Positions 1-13,675 are shown, numbered from the stretch's first letter. The stretch is DNA of 64,000 bases from Octopus sinensis (GCF_006345805.1 NC_042998.1:169942001-170006000), one strand, 5' to 3'. The notes: generated from the sequence alone by a model not told the origin. Translations and numbers: made by a program.

Positions 1-1507
1 ACTTTCAAGACAATCGATCTCAAAGATCAGAGCTAAAAAGTGCTCCTTTCCTGAAATTGCCTTTTTTTTTCTCTTTTGTATATACTTCCTACATAGTTCA
101 GTTTATAAGTATTCTATAGAAACAACTTCTCTTTGGAAGAATATTCCTATATTAGTTTCAAACATTCTTCTTTCTAACTGTTTCCTGTTCTACCAAATAA
201 ACCATTAGTATGGTGCCATTAGTAGATCTGTAAAGATTGGTGTGTAGCCATATCTTTTTCAATATCATAAATAGAATCCTCTAGTGTGGAATATTATTCC
301 ATGGACTTTTGGTATTGAAACTTTAGTTCCTAAAGTTCTTTGTTGTTATGTAATAAAATTTAGAAGGGGAACATTAAAACAGTAGGATACTAACTGAATG
401 ACAGCATGCTAGACTTATGTAATCTGAGGAGCTCCTTTCAAGTTCTTTTACACTTTTCTGTATTTGTACTAACCAATGTCTCACTACACTTCTTAGGCTG
501 TCATGAAAAATATACAGCAGTAATCAATCTAACTTTGATAAGAATGATGTATCTGCATGTACAATAGTCGACAGGCATATTTACAGGCAATCATAACAGG
601 TTTTAAGGCCAAATCCCCGTCCCCTATTCAAGTTAGAATCAACATAGAACAACTGAAACAGAATATTAGAGGAAAATAGGAATCAAATGTAGACATCTTC
701 ACAGAAAATATGGCTTAGAAATATTTTAAAAAGTGAATAAAAAGAGAAAAAACTTTTAGTGCCATTACATTTAACAGCTCCCTTCAACATCACCAACAGC
801 TGTGTTAAGGAAACAGTGTCAGAATTTCAACATATATACCTAGAGCTATTAACACAGTTGGGGGTAGGCCTCTTTAATATTCATCCCAAAGTTTGACAAT
901 GGGAAATAGCAGCTGGATAGACAAGCTTATTCTGTGACATTCTGCATGTGGTAGAATGTTTCTTATTAAAAGGAGTAGAGGAGTGTACAATACTATCATA
1001 ATTTCTAATGATATCTTGTGGTGACTTACTTATGAAATATTGTCAGAAAATGCATTACAAACAAAAAAAGTCTTTTACAAATGAGAAAACATCAACTCTG
1101 ACCAATGGTTGATCATCTACAAAAGAAGTGTGGCCCTAGATTGCTTACACATCTAGGAAAATGCCACTGCTACAGGCTTAAACAGCCTGTATTTAAAAAC
1201 AAAATGCATCTGGCTTATTGGCAAACACTTGCGAACAAGCTGTAACCATTGGCTGACAGATGCACCATTTTTTTCTCTGCCTCTTCTACTTCAACTACCA
1301 GTTAATGATCTTCTGAAGTAGCAAGCAGCATGCTTCCTCCATCATGACCCAGACACACCTGTTTCTCCTCTTGTCAATATTTCCACTATGTTACCTCTCA
1401 GATTTCTCCTAACTTCCCACATGTAAACATTCAAATCAATATTCAAGCACTACTAAATGATTTGGAGAAGTTGGGAGGAAAAATGGTTAGGAAATTAATT
1501 CCACTAT

Positions 1508-1546
<39 letters not shown>

Positions 1547-1551
<5 letters not shown>

Positions 1552-1785
1552 AAAATGGCAAGACAACAAAAGAATGAAAGAGACCTCGATATTATGCAAA
1601 TAGAGGAATTTATCTGTAAATGTAATATGTGACAATTATTCGTTAGCTATGATGAAATTCCGAGTTTTGGATGCCAATGTGGAAATCCACACCCTGAAGA
1701 GATGGCGGTGTGGATTTCCACCTTGGCATCCAAAACTCGGAGCTTTATCATGGCTAATGAATAATTGTCACATATTACATTAACA
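1547..1785. mobile_element. Fold-back (head-to-head) Penelope-like retroelement remnant between two (TA)n tracts
   Basis: About 80-bp inverted arms 1615-1693 and 1707-1785 around a 13-nt loop starting CTGAAGA; (TA)n on both sides. Penelope assignment inferred from architecture and a hammerhead-like core. Confidence 0.6.
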
Positions 1786-3487
1786 TATATATATATATAT
1801 ATATATATTTGGCTAAAGACCTTAATACCTGATCAAGTTGTCAGGACACCATTGTGATACGATATGTACCAGGCTTCTTAAAATGTTGCATTTGAATGTT
1901 TGAACTCAGTCTCTGCTAATGCTCCTGCTATCTAGTTATTATTATTATTTTTTCTTTTTGTCCATCCAGTTTTTCTTTCGTTTTTATTTTGTCCCCATTT
2001 TGTTGAAAACTGGTCTTTGCTTTGCCACTGGATTTTACTATGCCACACTCTTCCAGCTTTCTTTCCTTCACTGCTATGTGATGCAGGTCGTGTGGCATTG
2101 GATAGTTTCATAGATCTGCTCATTTATGATATGCTCCAACTATGATGAAAAGTCTAAGATGTGGTAATTTTTAGAAAGATGGATTAAGTAAAACGTTCAG
2201 TAAGGGATTTTGGATGTATGATCATGTCTGTGATGAGAGGATAAAATGAATCCTTTTAAACCTGATTCTGCAAATATAATAACCAAGCCCAGAGGAACAG
2301 AGACCATTTTAGTAAAAGTGGTAGGAAAAAAAAATGAGACAAGACGTTTTTTCTCATAGAGAGAGAGCTTTCTCAGGATATATATGTCATTTACAATGTG
2401 TTTTGTAGGATACACATCCTATAATTTGAAAGGAGTTAATTGTTTAAGGCTAAAAATATATCTAACCCTCAAAAGGAGCTGTAACCCTTAAGGAATTTTG
2501 GTTGGCCTTAAGCTGCCCTGACTGGTGATCAGCTTTTTTTGTATATCTCAGTCTAACTTGTCCAATGGGTCCTTCTTTATTTTATTTATTTAAAAAATAG
2601 GGTGTGATTTTGAAGATTTGGCTGCTATTTCTAGCAGGTTGGTAGGTTCTTTATAAGAAATTAAATAAAACAGAATTTCAAAGACATTCTTTTATATAGT
2701 TTGCAACCTTTTCTCCATGAAAGCTGCAAATAATTTTCATAAATCTGGAGGAGAACCATAAACTAGAGTACAACACCACCAAATTAAACCTATGTAGATG
2801 AAGAGTGCTCCAAGCATAAGCTTGTTTCTCTATCAGTAATAATCAGTCAGGTTTCAATGGCTTGCAGCTTCCAATATTAGTGATGGGGGTGGGTAGTTAG
2901 GCAGTCATCCTCAGATTTGAGAACTCATTGGAATAATTGCAAAAGACTGGACTCCGTTCAAGGCACAAAAAGGTCAGATAGGAATGTTAGACTGGGCAAT
3001 GGATTAAGTCCATCATACAAGACCAAAGAGAGTCTCTCTGATGAAACTTCACACAGCATCCATTTACCATACATTCTTCACAAGACTTTGGTTGATCTAA
3101 AACCATGGTAGGAAACACTTGTCCAAGAATCTGTGCATGAAGGTCAAAACCCCAAAAAACACTGACTATATAGATTAAGGTAAAACAGAATTAACTCAAT
3201 GAAATAAGTTGCAACATAACTGAGAGGTTAGTTTTATGAAGCAAAACAGAAACAGTCATTCTTCTCCAATACTGTGCCGATGATTTTCAACCATAGTAAA
3301 TGATAGAGAAAAATATATTGTTTTGCCAGGCTGACTTGTCTTGCACACTAGAAGCAAATAAAGGGGTTTGGTGGTGAGATGAGGTCACAAGAATTTGATA
3401 GGCAACCTTCATGCTGAAGTATGGGTTAACTAACATTATACAACACCATAATACAAAACTAAAAGTTGAGGAAAAAAAAAAAGAAAA

Positions 3488-3700
3488 TGGGAGCCTCTAT
3501 GCAGTTATTGAACTTACTAGAAATAGCAACTAAATCTCCCTCAAATCATTTCACATCATCTTTTGGAAAGATGGATATATTGGATAATATAGAGCCAGAT
3601 ATACAAAGCTCAAAAGAATGACAGGATTGTTTGTCATGGTTGGTAATACTTTTGTTTTGTAAGTCTGGTTGGGGTCAACTTGTAGCAAAACCACAAAATT
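3488..3700 (+). mobile_element. Old interspersed repeat (family F, SINE-like), representative copy
   Basis: GGGAGCCTCTA..CTAGAAATAGCAACTAAATCTCCCTCAAATCA core recurs about 14 times in the window on both strands; other copies end in AAACAACAAC. Confidence 0.7.
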
Positions 3701-3906
3701 GATAATATAAAACTAAGTTACACAAGATCTCAACACAAAATGTTATGCTCCTGGTTATACCCATGAGAATTTAATTAAAAATAACTTTTTTTCATTCATA
3801 TTTTAAACCACTTCTCCTTGCCTTATAATTGGTACCAGACTTGTGTATAGAATTGTTAAAATTGTCAGAAGATATAAGGAAATATATATATTATATATAA
3901 ACTTAC

Positions 3907-3947
3907 TGTAAACACATCATTTTAACTATTTCAGAGATGTTTCTTAC
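3907..3947 (-). other. Candidate 41-nt exon of an unidentified minus-strand host gene
   Basis: Minus strand: about 68-nt AG-free zone, then TTCTTCTTTCATTTTCAG acceptor (3950-3948) and ACA|GTAAGT donor (3906-3901). One open frame (VRNISEIVKMMCL), which contains ATGATG. Confidence 0.6.
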
Positions 3948-5127
3948 CTGAAAATGAAAGAAGAATATATATTAAAAATATTATATAACAATATCATATA
4001 CATATAAAAGATATTAAGCTTTATTTATTATTTCATATTCTGAATTCAAATACTCCTAGCATATTTATAAATATTTATGCACCTATGCATATCCATGTGT
4101 GGGCAGCTTGTGTAAAAGAAGTTGTAATACAAGCAGTGAACACATGGGCAGAAAGTTAGAGACAGTTAAGTAAGCACATGGACAGACAGAACACATGGAA
4201 TAAGTAAAAGTAATAGACTATATTTCATATATTGGATTTCATAATACGATCCTATCCTCAAGTTCCCTTTTTTTCTCTTGCTTCTCCTTACAATCTCTGA
4301 CTGAGCATAAGTAATAGCAATTTCTCATAGTAGGAAGCTGTTTTATTGTGAGCTAGCTGCATAAAATATTTAACTTCTTTATCATTTAAATGAGTTGTTT
4401 TTAAGGAACTTCCCCCCATTTTTTTTTTGTCAAGATATTTCAAAACATGAATACAGGAAAACTTTGCATTTTGATAAAAGGCATCTTAATGTGTTTTATT
4501 CATTAAAGCAACTGTAGGTTAAGCTAATATATAATGTAAAGTAATATATAAAATTCTAATTATATTTACAATATAGCTGAGGAAAAACACCCTAAAGGAG
4601 TGTTTTGCATGCTATATACATATACGGTAAGTCTTACATATGTAACAGAGCAAACTGAAAAACTTTCTCTTTTAGTCATCAAGCAACCTCATCCAACTTT
4701 CTTGAAGTAAATCTGTTGAGGAAATGGAAAATTCCTTTCATCACCTTCAACAATATAACCATCTCCTTCTAGTTATTCTTCCAGTTATTAAAACTTTAAT
4801 CTGTTTTATTACTGTTAAAGTGTAAACTACTTTTAAATTTTAATGCATAATTACAACTTGACAGATTTAAGAGGTTGGGTTATTGTCACAGTATAAATAG
4901 ACTAATATGCTCGCTTATAAACTGCAGCCAAGACAAAGCTGCTGAATAAGCAAGTAATTAATGCTATTTAAATTCCATTCCACCCACTTTTCCTTCATAT
5001 GGATGCTCTTTCTACTATTAAACAATCATCAATAAAACAGGGAAGAAATCTATTGCCAAGTAAACAAAATGGGACAAGTAGAGTTATATACTTTTGAAAC
5101 TGTGATCCTGTGGTTAATAGTCTAGTT

Positions 5128-5378
5128 CAGGGGTTCTCAACCAGGATCCATATGACACATAGGGGTCTATATACGATTTTGTTGTTAAAATTAATGTGCT
5201 ATAAATTGGCTCACTTCTACAAAACTCAAAATATTAAAAAAAAATTTTTATACACTTCCTAATAATATTTGATTATAAAAATATACGATTTTTTAAAAAC
5301 GCCGAATAGCTAGGAGGATCCTGTAGAGTAAAATAAGAATCAAAGGGATCCACAGGCAAAAAATACGAGAGAACCCTG
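5128..5378 (+). mobile_element. hAT (Charlie-like) MITE
   Basis: TIR CAGGGGTTCTC...GAGAACCCTG; 8-bp TSD GTCTAGTT/GTCTACTT; related copies at 30009 and 49507. Confidence 0.8.
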
Positions 5379-6592
5379 GTCTACTTCTTTATCCAAAGTT
5401 ATTGTTGTATCATAAACTAAAATCCTCTATCATATTTTTTAATCAGGAAAACAAATAGGTAATTAACTTTTGTACTAGCAACAAAAAAATGTTTCACAAA
5501 CTTCATTATGTACGAGGAAGTAAAGTATTCTGGGATATATTTAAAACTTGACAAGCAGTGAGGTGTATAATATATCACATATATATTTCATTTCAAATAT
5601 CTTTCGAATAAGAATGAAATAAAAAAAAAAAAACATAAAACATTTAAACCTAGAACACTGAAATTCATAATTATCATAAAGCTTCAAAGAAATTGTATAC
5701 ATCTTGTATTATTTATAAAGCAACTTAAAATGAGCAATAACATTATCATGTAAGGCTAAATTAGTGGAGTGAAGAGATAGCTGAACTAGATGCCTTATGA
5801 TAGCTTTACTGCTGAGTTCAAATCTTGAAAGTAATTTACTAAGACTGCAGCTGTAATTTATATCTCCCTTCCCTTATAAGAAAAGAAATCCAAGCCATAG
5901 CACTAAGTTGGTAAACTGACAAACAGTACAACACATTCATTCATTGAATTTATAACTTTCCCATCAGTCATAAAGAACCCAATTCAAAAATGTTAGAGCA
6001 TTCTGTAAATTTTTGCCCAATCCCAATAGATCTTATTCTGAAACATTAAATAACAGCAATGGTTACATTCTAATAGACTGGTGATACTTTCACTCCAGTA
6101 ACATCTACACTGCTTTTTAAATCAAATAATATCCCAAACCTAAAAAGTTTACTGTTTTCACATAAAACTTTGTTAAATTAAATATTTAAATTTTAAAACA
6201 AACTTTTATATCAGCTTCAATATTTACATAAGGCTCTGCTGCTACTACTGCATTGATTATTACATAAAACATAGAAGACCAGTCACGCATGGCTGAATCA
6301 ACAGAGGGCAGAATTCTGACTGACCTGCTGGCTCCAAATATCCAAATAAGTGTTTGAATTTTCAGAAACCAGTTAAACCATATTTGCATGAAGAATGAAA
6401 ATAAATAAATAAAAAAGAAAACAAATATGGTATTCACATTATTTATATTTGACGCATATTTGTCCTCATATCTGTCAAATGTAAATAATGTAAATAATTC
6501 CTCATCTCTTAAATATAGAACTGAAATATGGTATTAATTTAGATGAATCAATATAAAAAAAGTTGATAAATCTAGAAATCATTTCATCAATC

Positions 6593-6989
6593 ACATAGGA
6601 GTGGCTGTGTGGTAACTAGCTTGCTTACCAACCACATGGTTCTGGGTTCCTTGGGCAAGTGTCTTCTACTATAGCCTGGGGCTAACCAAAGCCTTGTGAG
6701 TGGATTTGGTAGACAGAAACTGAAAGAAGCCCATCGTATATATGTATATATGTGTGTGAGTGTGTATGTTTGTGTGTCTGTGTCTGTCCCCCCCCCCAAC
6801 ATCGCTTGACAACTGATGCTGGTGTGTTTACGTCCCCGTAACTTAGCAGTTCGGCAAAAGAGACCGATAGAATAAGTACTAGGCTTACAAACAATAAGTC
6901 CTGGGGTCGATTTGCTTGACTAAAGGCATTGCTCCAGCATGGCCACAGTCAAATGACTGAAACAAGTAAAAGAGTAAAGAGTAAGAGTA
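6593..6989 (+). mobile_element. tRNA-derived SINE, family A
   Basis: A-box-like TGGCTGTGTGG, B box partly deleted, central TA/TG microsatellite, tail AATGACTGAAACAAGTAAAAGAGTAA; about 11 copies in the window. Confidence 0.85.
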
Positions 6990-7129
6990 ATCATTATTTA
7001 AAGTGAACCATCGATTGATATATTGATCTCATTTATCTTGGTATTTAAAATGACAGTTATTTTAATAATTCTTCACATAAACTTCTGTAATCTAAGAAAG
7101 GATAACTGAATTTGGACAATAAACGTTTA

Positions 7130-7815
7130 TTTCTTCCTTGGCAAGAATGAAAACCAGTGCTGTTAAAACTGAGACACTTGTCTCCTCAAAGAAGCCTGTG
7201 CAATGCTCTCTACATGTGAACGGAGTTCCATTGAAGTAGGTGAAATGTTCATGTATCTCAGGATCATTTTCACAAATGATGGATGGTAGGAGGCTGAATT
7301 AAGCACCAAAATTGCAGGAGATGGTGTTGTAAGGTGTCAGTTTCAACATCTGATCATTAGAGGAAGGAAACCTACCCTTCTCTATGGTCATGGGTCTTGT
7401 GTAATGGCCAGAAGAATATGACTGTGAATACAAACAGCTGAGATGGGGTCTTTGGAATAATGTTACTTGATAGAATGTGTAGCTCAGAGACCAGAGGGGT
7501 GCTGCAGATAGAGTTGCTATTTCTGTGAATTGAGAGCTTACAGCTTCAATACTATGGACATGTGGTAAGGATGTTTCTTAAAAAAAAAATTGCTGGACAG
7601 GTCTTACAGGAAAAACCAACTGACAGAAGATTCAGGGGTAGACTTCAACCAAAGTGGTTGGATAACATCCATGAGCTTGGTTGGTCTCACTTTGTGATCC
7701 AGGTGGATCAATTGGAGATGGTTGCTTCTGAGGGGATCTGATGGGAAGCTTATTTGAGGACTCTGCTCCCACAACCTTCCCAGGATTAAGTGGGTGAAGA
7801 AGATGAGATGAGATG
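7130..7815 (+). mobile_element. Degenerate RTE-clade LINE 3' fragment
   Basis: Interrupted translation gives FMYLRIIFTNDG, PTLLYGH, QTAEMG, QYYGHVVRM, KWLDNI, typical of the RTE C-terminal region. Confidence 0.65.
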
Positions 7816-8316
7816 AACATTTATTTCTAAACCAAGTATCGTTATGTCCTTATTCACTAGATCAGTATTTCTATAAGAAGAAGAATTATAAGGATGCAAA
7901 CTATTTTGTTTAATTAGTAAACAGGTAATGGAGCAAAAATCTCACAAATAGTTGGGGGTGGCTATTTGTTAGTTTGGGTACCTCTGCACTAAAACATGTA
8001 TAAATTTAGGAATAAGACACTTTAGGAAGAGTGGGGAACTGGACCAATCAAAATGTGAATACCCTTTCTAAAGATTAGATTAATAATTTAGAAAATGATA
8101 TTACCGACATCTCAGACATCTAATGAGTCATAGCTTTGTTAGATAGCACCCATTAAAAGCAATCACATAGAACCTGTTTTGTGTGTTATATACAAGAGAA
8201 TTATAGTATTTTCATTCATTAAATTTGTTTACTTCTAAAGAACTTCTCAAAATGAACTTGCATCAAATAATCTATTGTTCTTACTTTAACAAGTAGTTAG
8301 TTTATACATACTATTT

Positions 8317-8349
<33 letters not shown>

Positions 8350-9325
8350 GCACACATATGTATATGTATGTATAAATCCGAAATGAAAATCATATATAAA
8401 AGAAAAGGCAATTTGTTTTTTTAACAAGTTCTCATTAAAATGCCACGATATAAACCTTTGAAGAATAAATGTTTCAACTATTTCAGATAAAAATAGTATC
8501 TATTTGAGAATTCATTAGTAGGTCATTCTTATTTATTATGATCACCATTTAATAAAATACAAAGGTCTTGCTCTTCAAACCACAATATCCTAAGAGTAAC
8601 CACCTGAACAAATTATGGGGGAGGCCAGAAGGAATGTTACGACAGAACTGTTGCCTTGTCTTCTCTTTTCTTTTTTCTTGGCATGGTCTCTTTTTAAACA
8701 TTAGTACTACTTTTCTAAATAGTAGCAAGAATTATCTATGCCTGCTGGTAAATTGCCAAACCAACTAGTGTTTATTCCAATTAATCTACAGAACTGATTG
8801 GCAACAATGATAAACATTAAGTTAACATTTTTTCCAACTCCACTATGTTAAAAGAAACTGCTAACAAATGACACAGTATAATATTTACATGGAACAATAT
8901 GACAAAGGTTCCTTGTCCCTGACCAAAAATACATACACTACTTCCAGAATATTGCATTGTTAAATTTCAAAATAAACATTCTTGAAATTGATTGAGAATT
9001 TGAAATATTATCCTAAGTCTAGACAAGCTGATAGTTAAAGCTACTAGCTGTTTGTAACACAAAAAGCACTTTACAATGTATCTGGTACTTTTTTTTTTCA
9101 CAAGAAACCATCACAGACTTTTCACTTGATAACTGTTCCAACATTTTAGCAATAGAGATATTAGTTTAGCCTGTTTTAATAAATAAATATTATCACATGT
9201 AAATATCTCAACCATAATAAAAAAAAAACATTAAGATATAAAGTTGTAAATCCAAGAACTTTGAAAAACTAAAATAAAAATAGAAACTTGTCCTAAATAC
9301 TTTTGTTGGTAAACTGTTTGAACTT

Positions 9326-9345
9326 TTCCTCCCTCTGGTGGTCAT
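9326..9345 (-). promoter_or_regulatory. Candidate CTCF-like motif
   Basis: Minus strand TGACCACCAGAGGGAG resembles the CTCF core CCACCAGRGGGC; lies in apparently unique sequence. Motif match only. Confidence 0.3.
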
Positions 9346-10512
9346 TGTGCGCATCAAGATAATGTTATTCTATATTTTTTCCCCATTTAATGATGGATAC
9401 TCATTTCAGTAGTTTTCTATTCCAGTCAGTCAACTGGTGCATCATGTTAGTTTAAATGACCTCTTTTGACATATTTCCAGTCCAGCTGCTTGTGAAAGAG
9501 GGAGATGCCAGCATGAACCACACACACATACACAGAGATTGTAGACTATAACAAATAGACACTGAGAAGTGGAAATAATATTCTCTAGTGCTGAACTGAA
9601 AACTAGGATTTACCGAAGTAAAACTGAAAATACCAAGTTTGTATAAGTTAGTATATGATAGCTTTGAAATATTTCATTGGAAAAGAAGATTACTTATGAA
9701 AAGAAAACTAGAAAATAATTTAGTATACAAAACTTCAGCACGTATCTAAATGCTATCAGAGAAACCAAACATCAAAATAACTACAGCAATACTTTCCTTA
9801 CTAGGCACAAAGAATTTATCACCTTCTTGGGTACTTTTAACTATTTTAATTTCAATGTTTTGTAAGTATTGGCAATATAACATCTCAATTTATCCTGCCT
9901 TGAAAAATCCCAAAAGTCCTTTTAATTTCCTAGATCAATTTTTTTTTCTTGAAACTTGCTGTATTTCTAATCAATTAACTATATCGCTTTTTTAAACGAG
10001 GTAGTAACGAAACTTAAGCAGCATTTATTAATATTTGAAAGTAGTTTATTTACTCGGTCATTCCTTTAAGAGAAGCAAAATAATAGAGGGGAGAAGAATA
10101 TAGATCTTCTCTAGAAGATTTATATAAACCTGCTCTAGAAGAGTATAAATCTTCACCCTGTCAGTATTTTGTCCCTTCTATCTCAGTTTACCTATCAAGA
10201 ATACATGCTTCTGATATAGAAATCCTATGTAGATAAATGGATAACAAAAGATGATTGAATCAACAGGGTATTGAGCTGATGACAAGAGAGTACTGAGTTG
10301 TTGGAATCCAAATCTTGGACTATATACACAGACTAGTACAATTGATTCCTTAAAGAGAGGTTGGACTCTACTATAACAAGTTCTTTATACAGTGTCCAGA
10401 AAACAAAATGGTTGACCCTATGGATTATAAGAAACACTGGGAAAATTGATACTTAAATCTGAAACGAAACACCAGCTTCATAGATCTACAAAGAGAGGTA
10501 ACATCAAAAAGC

Positions 10513-10795
10513 ATATCATTCTGATATCCACTTTTCCATGCTTGCATGAGTTGGACAGGGTTTATTGAAGCAGATTTTCTATGGCTAAATGCCCTACCTA
10601 TTGCCACATTTCACCTGTTTCCAAGCAAGGTAATATTTACCCATGCCCAGAAAATGGCTTCATAGAATATTAGAATTGAATAACATTCATTTACAACAAT
10701 CTCATGGTGTCAAGACAAGGAGTCACAAATGTACACACACACACACAGCAGGCTTCTTTCAGTTTCTGTCTACCAAAATCTATTCACAAAGCTTT
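10513..10795 (-). mobile_element. SINE with family-A body and RTE-type 3' tail (family E)
   Basis: TTTTCCATGCTTGCATGAGTTGGAC matches the RTE 3' terminus at 55436; joined via a CA tract to the family-A segment CTTCTTTCAGTTTCTGTCTACCAAA. Confidence 0.65.
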
Positions 10796-10874
10796 TTTTT
10801 TTTACTGAATAAATCCAGTATCCTAATGTGACTATTTTCTATCAACAATTCTCTTGCAATATTTTATTCACTAC

Positions 10875-11082
10875 AGTAAGAATTGTTGGCTAGCCAGGCA
10901 AAATGCTTAGCAGCATTTCATTGCCTGTCTTTACATTCTGAGTTCAAATTCTACCGAGGTTGGCTTTACCTTTTATCCTTTCAGGGTTGATAAAATAAGT
11001 ACCAGTTGAGTACTGGTGTCAATTCAATTAACTTATCACTCCCCTGAAATTGCTGGTCTTGTGTTAAAACTTGAAGGCAATA
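10875..11082 (+). mobile_element. Nin/Deu-domain SINE, older copy
   Basis: GAGTTCAAATTC B box followed by CCTTTTATCCTTTCAGGGTTGATAAAATAAGTACCAG (Nin-like core). Confidence 0.75.
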
Positions 11083-11449
11083 TTTTATTCATTGGGCTGA
11101 TTCTAAAATAATATTTGATGACCACCTTGCAAGATACTGGAATATAAGGAGTCGTATCAAACAAAATTCACAAGCTGACCATTGAATTTTTTGAAACAGT
11201 AACCAATGTTGGGCCATGAATGCATATATCTTATACTCAAGAAATAGTTGAGAAAATACTAAGAATGCACATAAATATAAAAGAAAAAATTTTCAGGATA
11301 TTTTTCTAGTTTTATTATTATAAAGCTACTGTACAAGAGAAAAAGTTATAACAACAAAATTTTGCCACCTAAAAATTACATTTAAATAATACAATGACAA
11401 AATAACAGCAAGAATGGCTAACAGATGTGGAAGAAAAGGAATCAACTTT

Positions 11450-12570
11450 AGAAAAGAACTTGTCTGCAATTAACTAACAATGTTTGAAATTGTAAATCCA
11501 TCTGGGATGAAGTTCTCCAATGTTTTAAGGAAGCAGACACATCTGTTAGACTGGGGTGTTTTCAAAATGAACTCAAGTCATTTCAAAGGTATTTCCTTCA
11601 GAAAAAAAAAAAAGTATTGAAATGTTACCAAGAAGTTCTTCAATAAAGACAAGACATGAAAAACCTGTTCTCTGTGAATCCAACATATGCAGCAACTCTA
11701 GGGATTATTGTGGAAATAGTAAGTTGAGAAATTAATGCATGAGAAAGCAAAGGAAGTCATAGAGATCTTGGAAGTATTAGAATGGTTACTAAAATGGATA
11801 TAAGAATAACATTACTCCAATCATTCTCTTATCTAATTATAATCTGGCTGAAATAGAGAAGAAAGTCTAACAAAGAGCATTATCAACAGCTTAGACAGGA
11901 AGTAAGACTACAGATTTACTTAGCTGGAAAAGAAATTGAGAGCAAGAGGCTTTTTAAGGTTCAGCACTATAAGGATAAAATGTTTTAAGTATTATGAGAG
12001 ATATTAAGAATCATGAATGGTAATGCAGAGTGTTTGATGAATGAGGTTGTTCCTGAAAAGTAAAGTATGCCAGAAATAAGAGTACTTGCCCCGAAGCAAA
12101 ACAAAGAATCATGGATGTATTACTATGAAATACTGAATAAGGAATAAGATGGGGGATAGGGAGTGAAAAACCTATTGAAGAGGAATTAGCAATAAAGGCA
12201 AGTTATAGAACTTAATTCAGACAAGATTATGAACATATATTATGGAAAAATAGTAGGTTCAACCAGAGTAACTGTCAAATGCTAAAAGCATCAAGCTTTG
12301 TAGGTACTCTGTTATTTAGTTACCAATAATACTGATACACAAACAGTATTATGATGTAGTAGTAAAAGAGATACACTAAAGGCATTTTAGAGTTCTACAA
12401 GCGTTTAGAACAAATCTTAGGAATATTCCTGAAAGTGCTTAAAAGAAGAGTATAAGGTTAGTTTGGATAAGATGTAGTTCTCATACTACTAGTGTGACAA
12501 CAAGAAAAGACAATTCTACTTTGCATTCTTCAAACTTTCAAGAATAGTTCAGAGTCTAAAAGAATAAAAA
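11450..12570 (+). mobile_element. Highly degenerate RTE LINE internal fragment
   Basis: Broken similarity to the young RTE ORF: GKIVGSTRVT..MLKAS (cf. GKAPGPSGITAEMLK) near 12245 and VSLDKM*F (cf. VSLDEMQF) near 12460. Confidence 0.5.
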
Positions 12571-12862
12571 GTTAACAGAGAAGACCACAGAATTATTAAT
12601 CTTTAAGGAAGAGGTGAAAGAAATCTAGGGAGGTGTTTGTTACCTCTGTAGGCACAAAAGGTTTTTCATGATCTCTATAAAACAGATTTTATGAATCACA
12701 TGTAAGGAATTGGATGTTACATGGTAATGAGACACATTGATCATGTTAGATCTGCAAATGCTGGAGAGAAATGAATGAAGCATAATACACTGGATAGGAC
12801 ACGGCCTGAGTTTGAGAAAGCATATGAACTTATACACACACTGTGTATCCTATAAAACAAGC

Positions 12863-12865
<3 letters not shown>

Positions 12866-12920
<55 letters not shown>
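12866..12920. repeat. Compound microsatellite (TA)n(GATA)n(GA)n
   Basis: Read directly from the sequence. Confidence 0.95.
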
Positions 12921-12921
<1 letters not shown>

Positions 12922-13452
12922 ACTAACAACTGTGCATGCTGACCTAGAATAAAAAACTTGACAGTTTCACTCTCTGTGGCCTGTCTGGTGAGCAGTGAGA
13001 ACACTAAATGCAATAGAATGGTACATTACACCAGTTTAGGTCATGTACAAATAAGCAAAGTTGTGTATATAATCTCCTTAGTGAGTTCACTGCTAGCCAC
13101 AAGTGGAGGATTAAATAAGGCTTTTCTTCATTGCAGTGCTTCAGGAAATCACATAAATGCATATCATTGGGAAATTGTTAATGTTTAGTCCTGATTTCAT
13201 TACATAATGTTTTGAGGAATTTCAGTAAAAATGACTGGACTATATTTTATTGCATTTTAATCTGAAAAACTAAAGATTCAATAGGATCTCAAGCAAACTG
13301 ACTTAATTGCTAGGATGTACCAGACACATTGATGATGCTCACAAGAACAGTTACAAATCCAAAACACCAGGCATTTCAGATATTTCACTCTAAGTAGAAA
13401 TATTACCTAATCCTTATTATAGCAGTTATACTACTATATATATATATATATA

Positions 13453-13675
13453 TGAGTAAATGCCCCCCCCCCCGTCCAATGGTGCTGAGTTGTCAAAATG
13501 CCTTTATCGATCGCATTCTCACCTGGAATCAATTTTTGCAATTATTTAAGACTTATACATGCCCTGATACCGTCAGTATCTACATATCAAATTTGAGTGC
13601 AATCGGATGGAGGATGCCCGAGATCCAAGAAGACACACACACAGACAGACAGACAGAACGGATTTTATATAAGAT
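13453..13675 (+). mobile_element. Probable non-autonomous Helitron/Helentron-like 3' fragment with (CAGA)n
   Basis: CAAATTTGAGTGCAATCGGATG...ACACACAGACAGACAGACAG..TTTTATATAAGAT resembles DINE/Lep1-type ends; CpG-rich; inserted in (TA)n. Confidence 0.45.

Noticed and set aside
6186-6437. 83-aa minus-strand ORF in unique sequence
   Set aside because: No recognisable motif and no convincing flanking splice sites.
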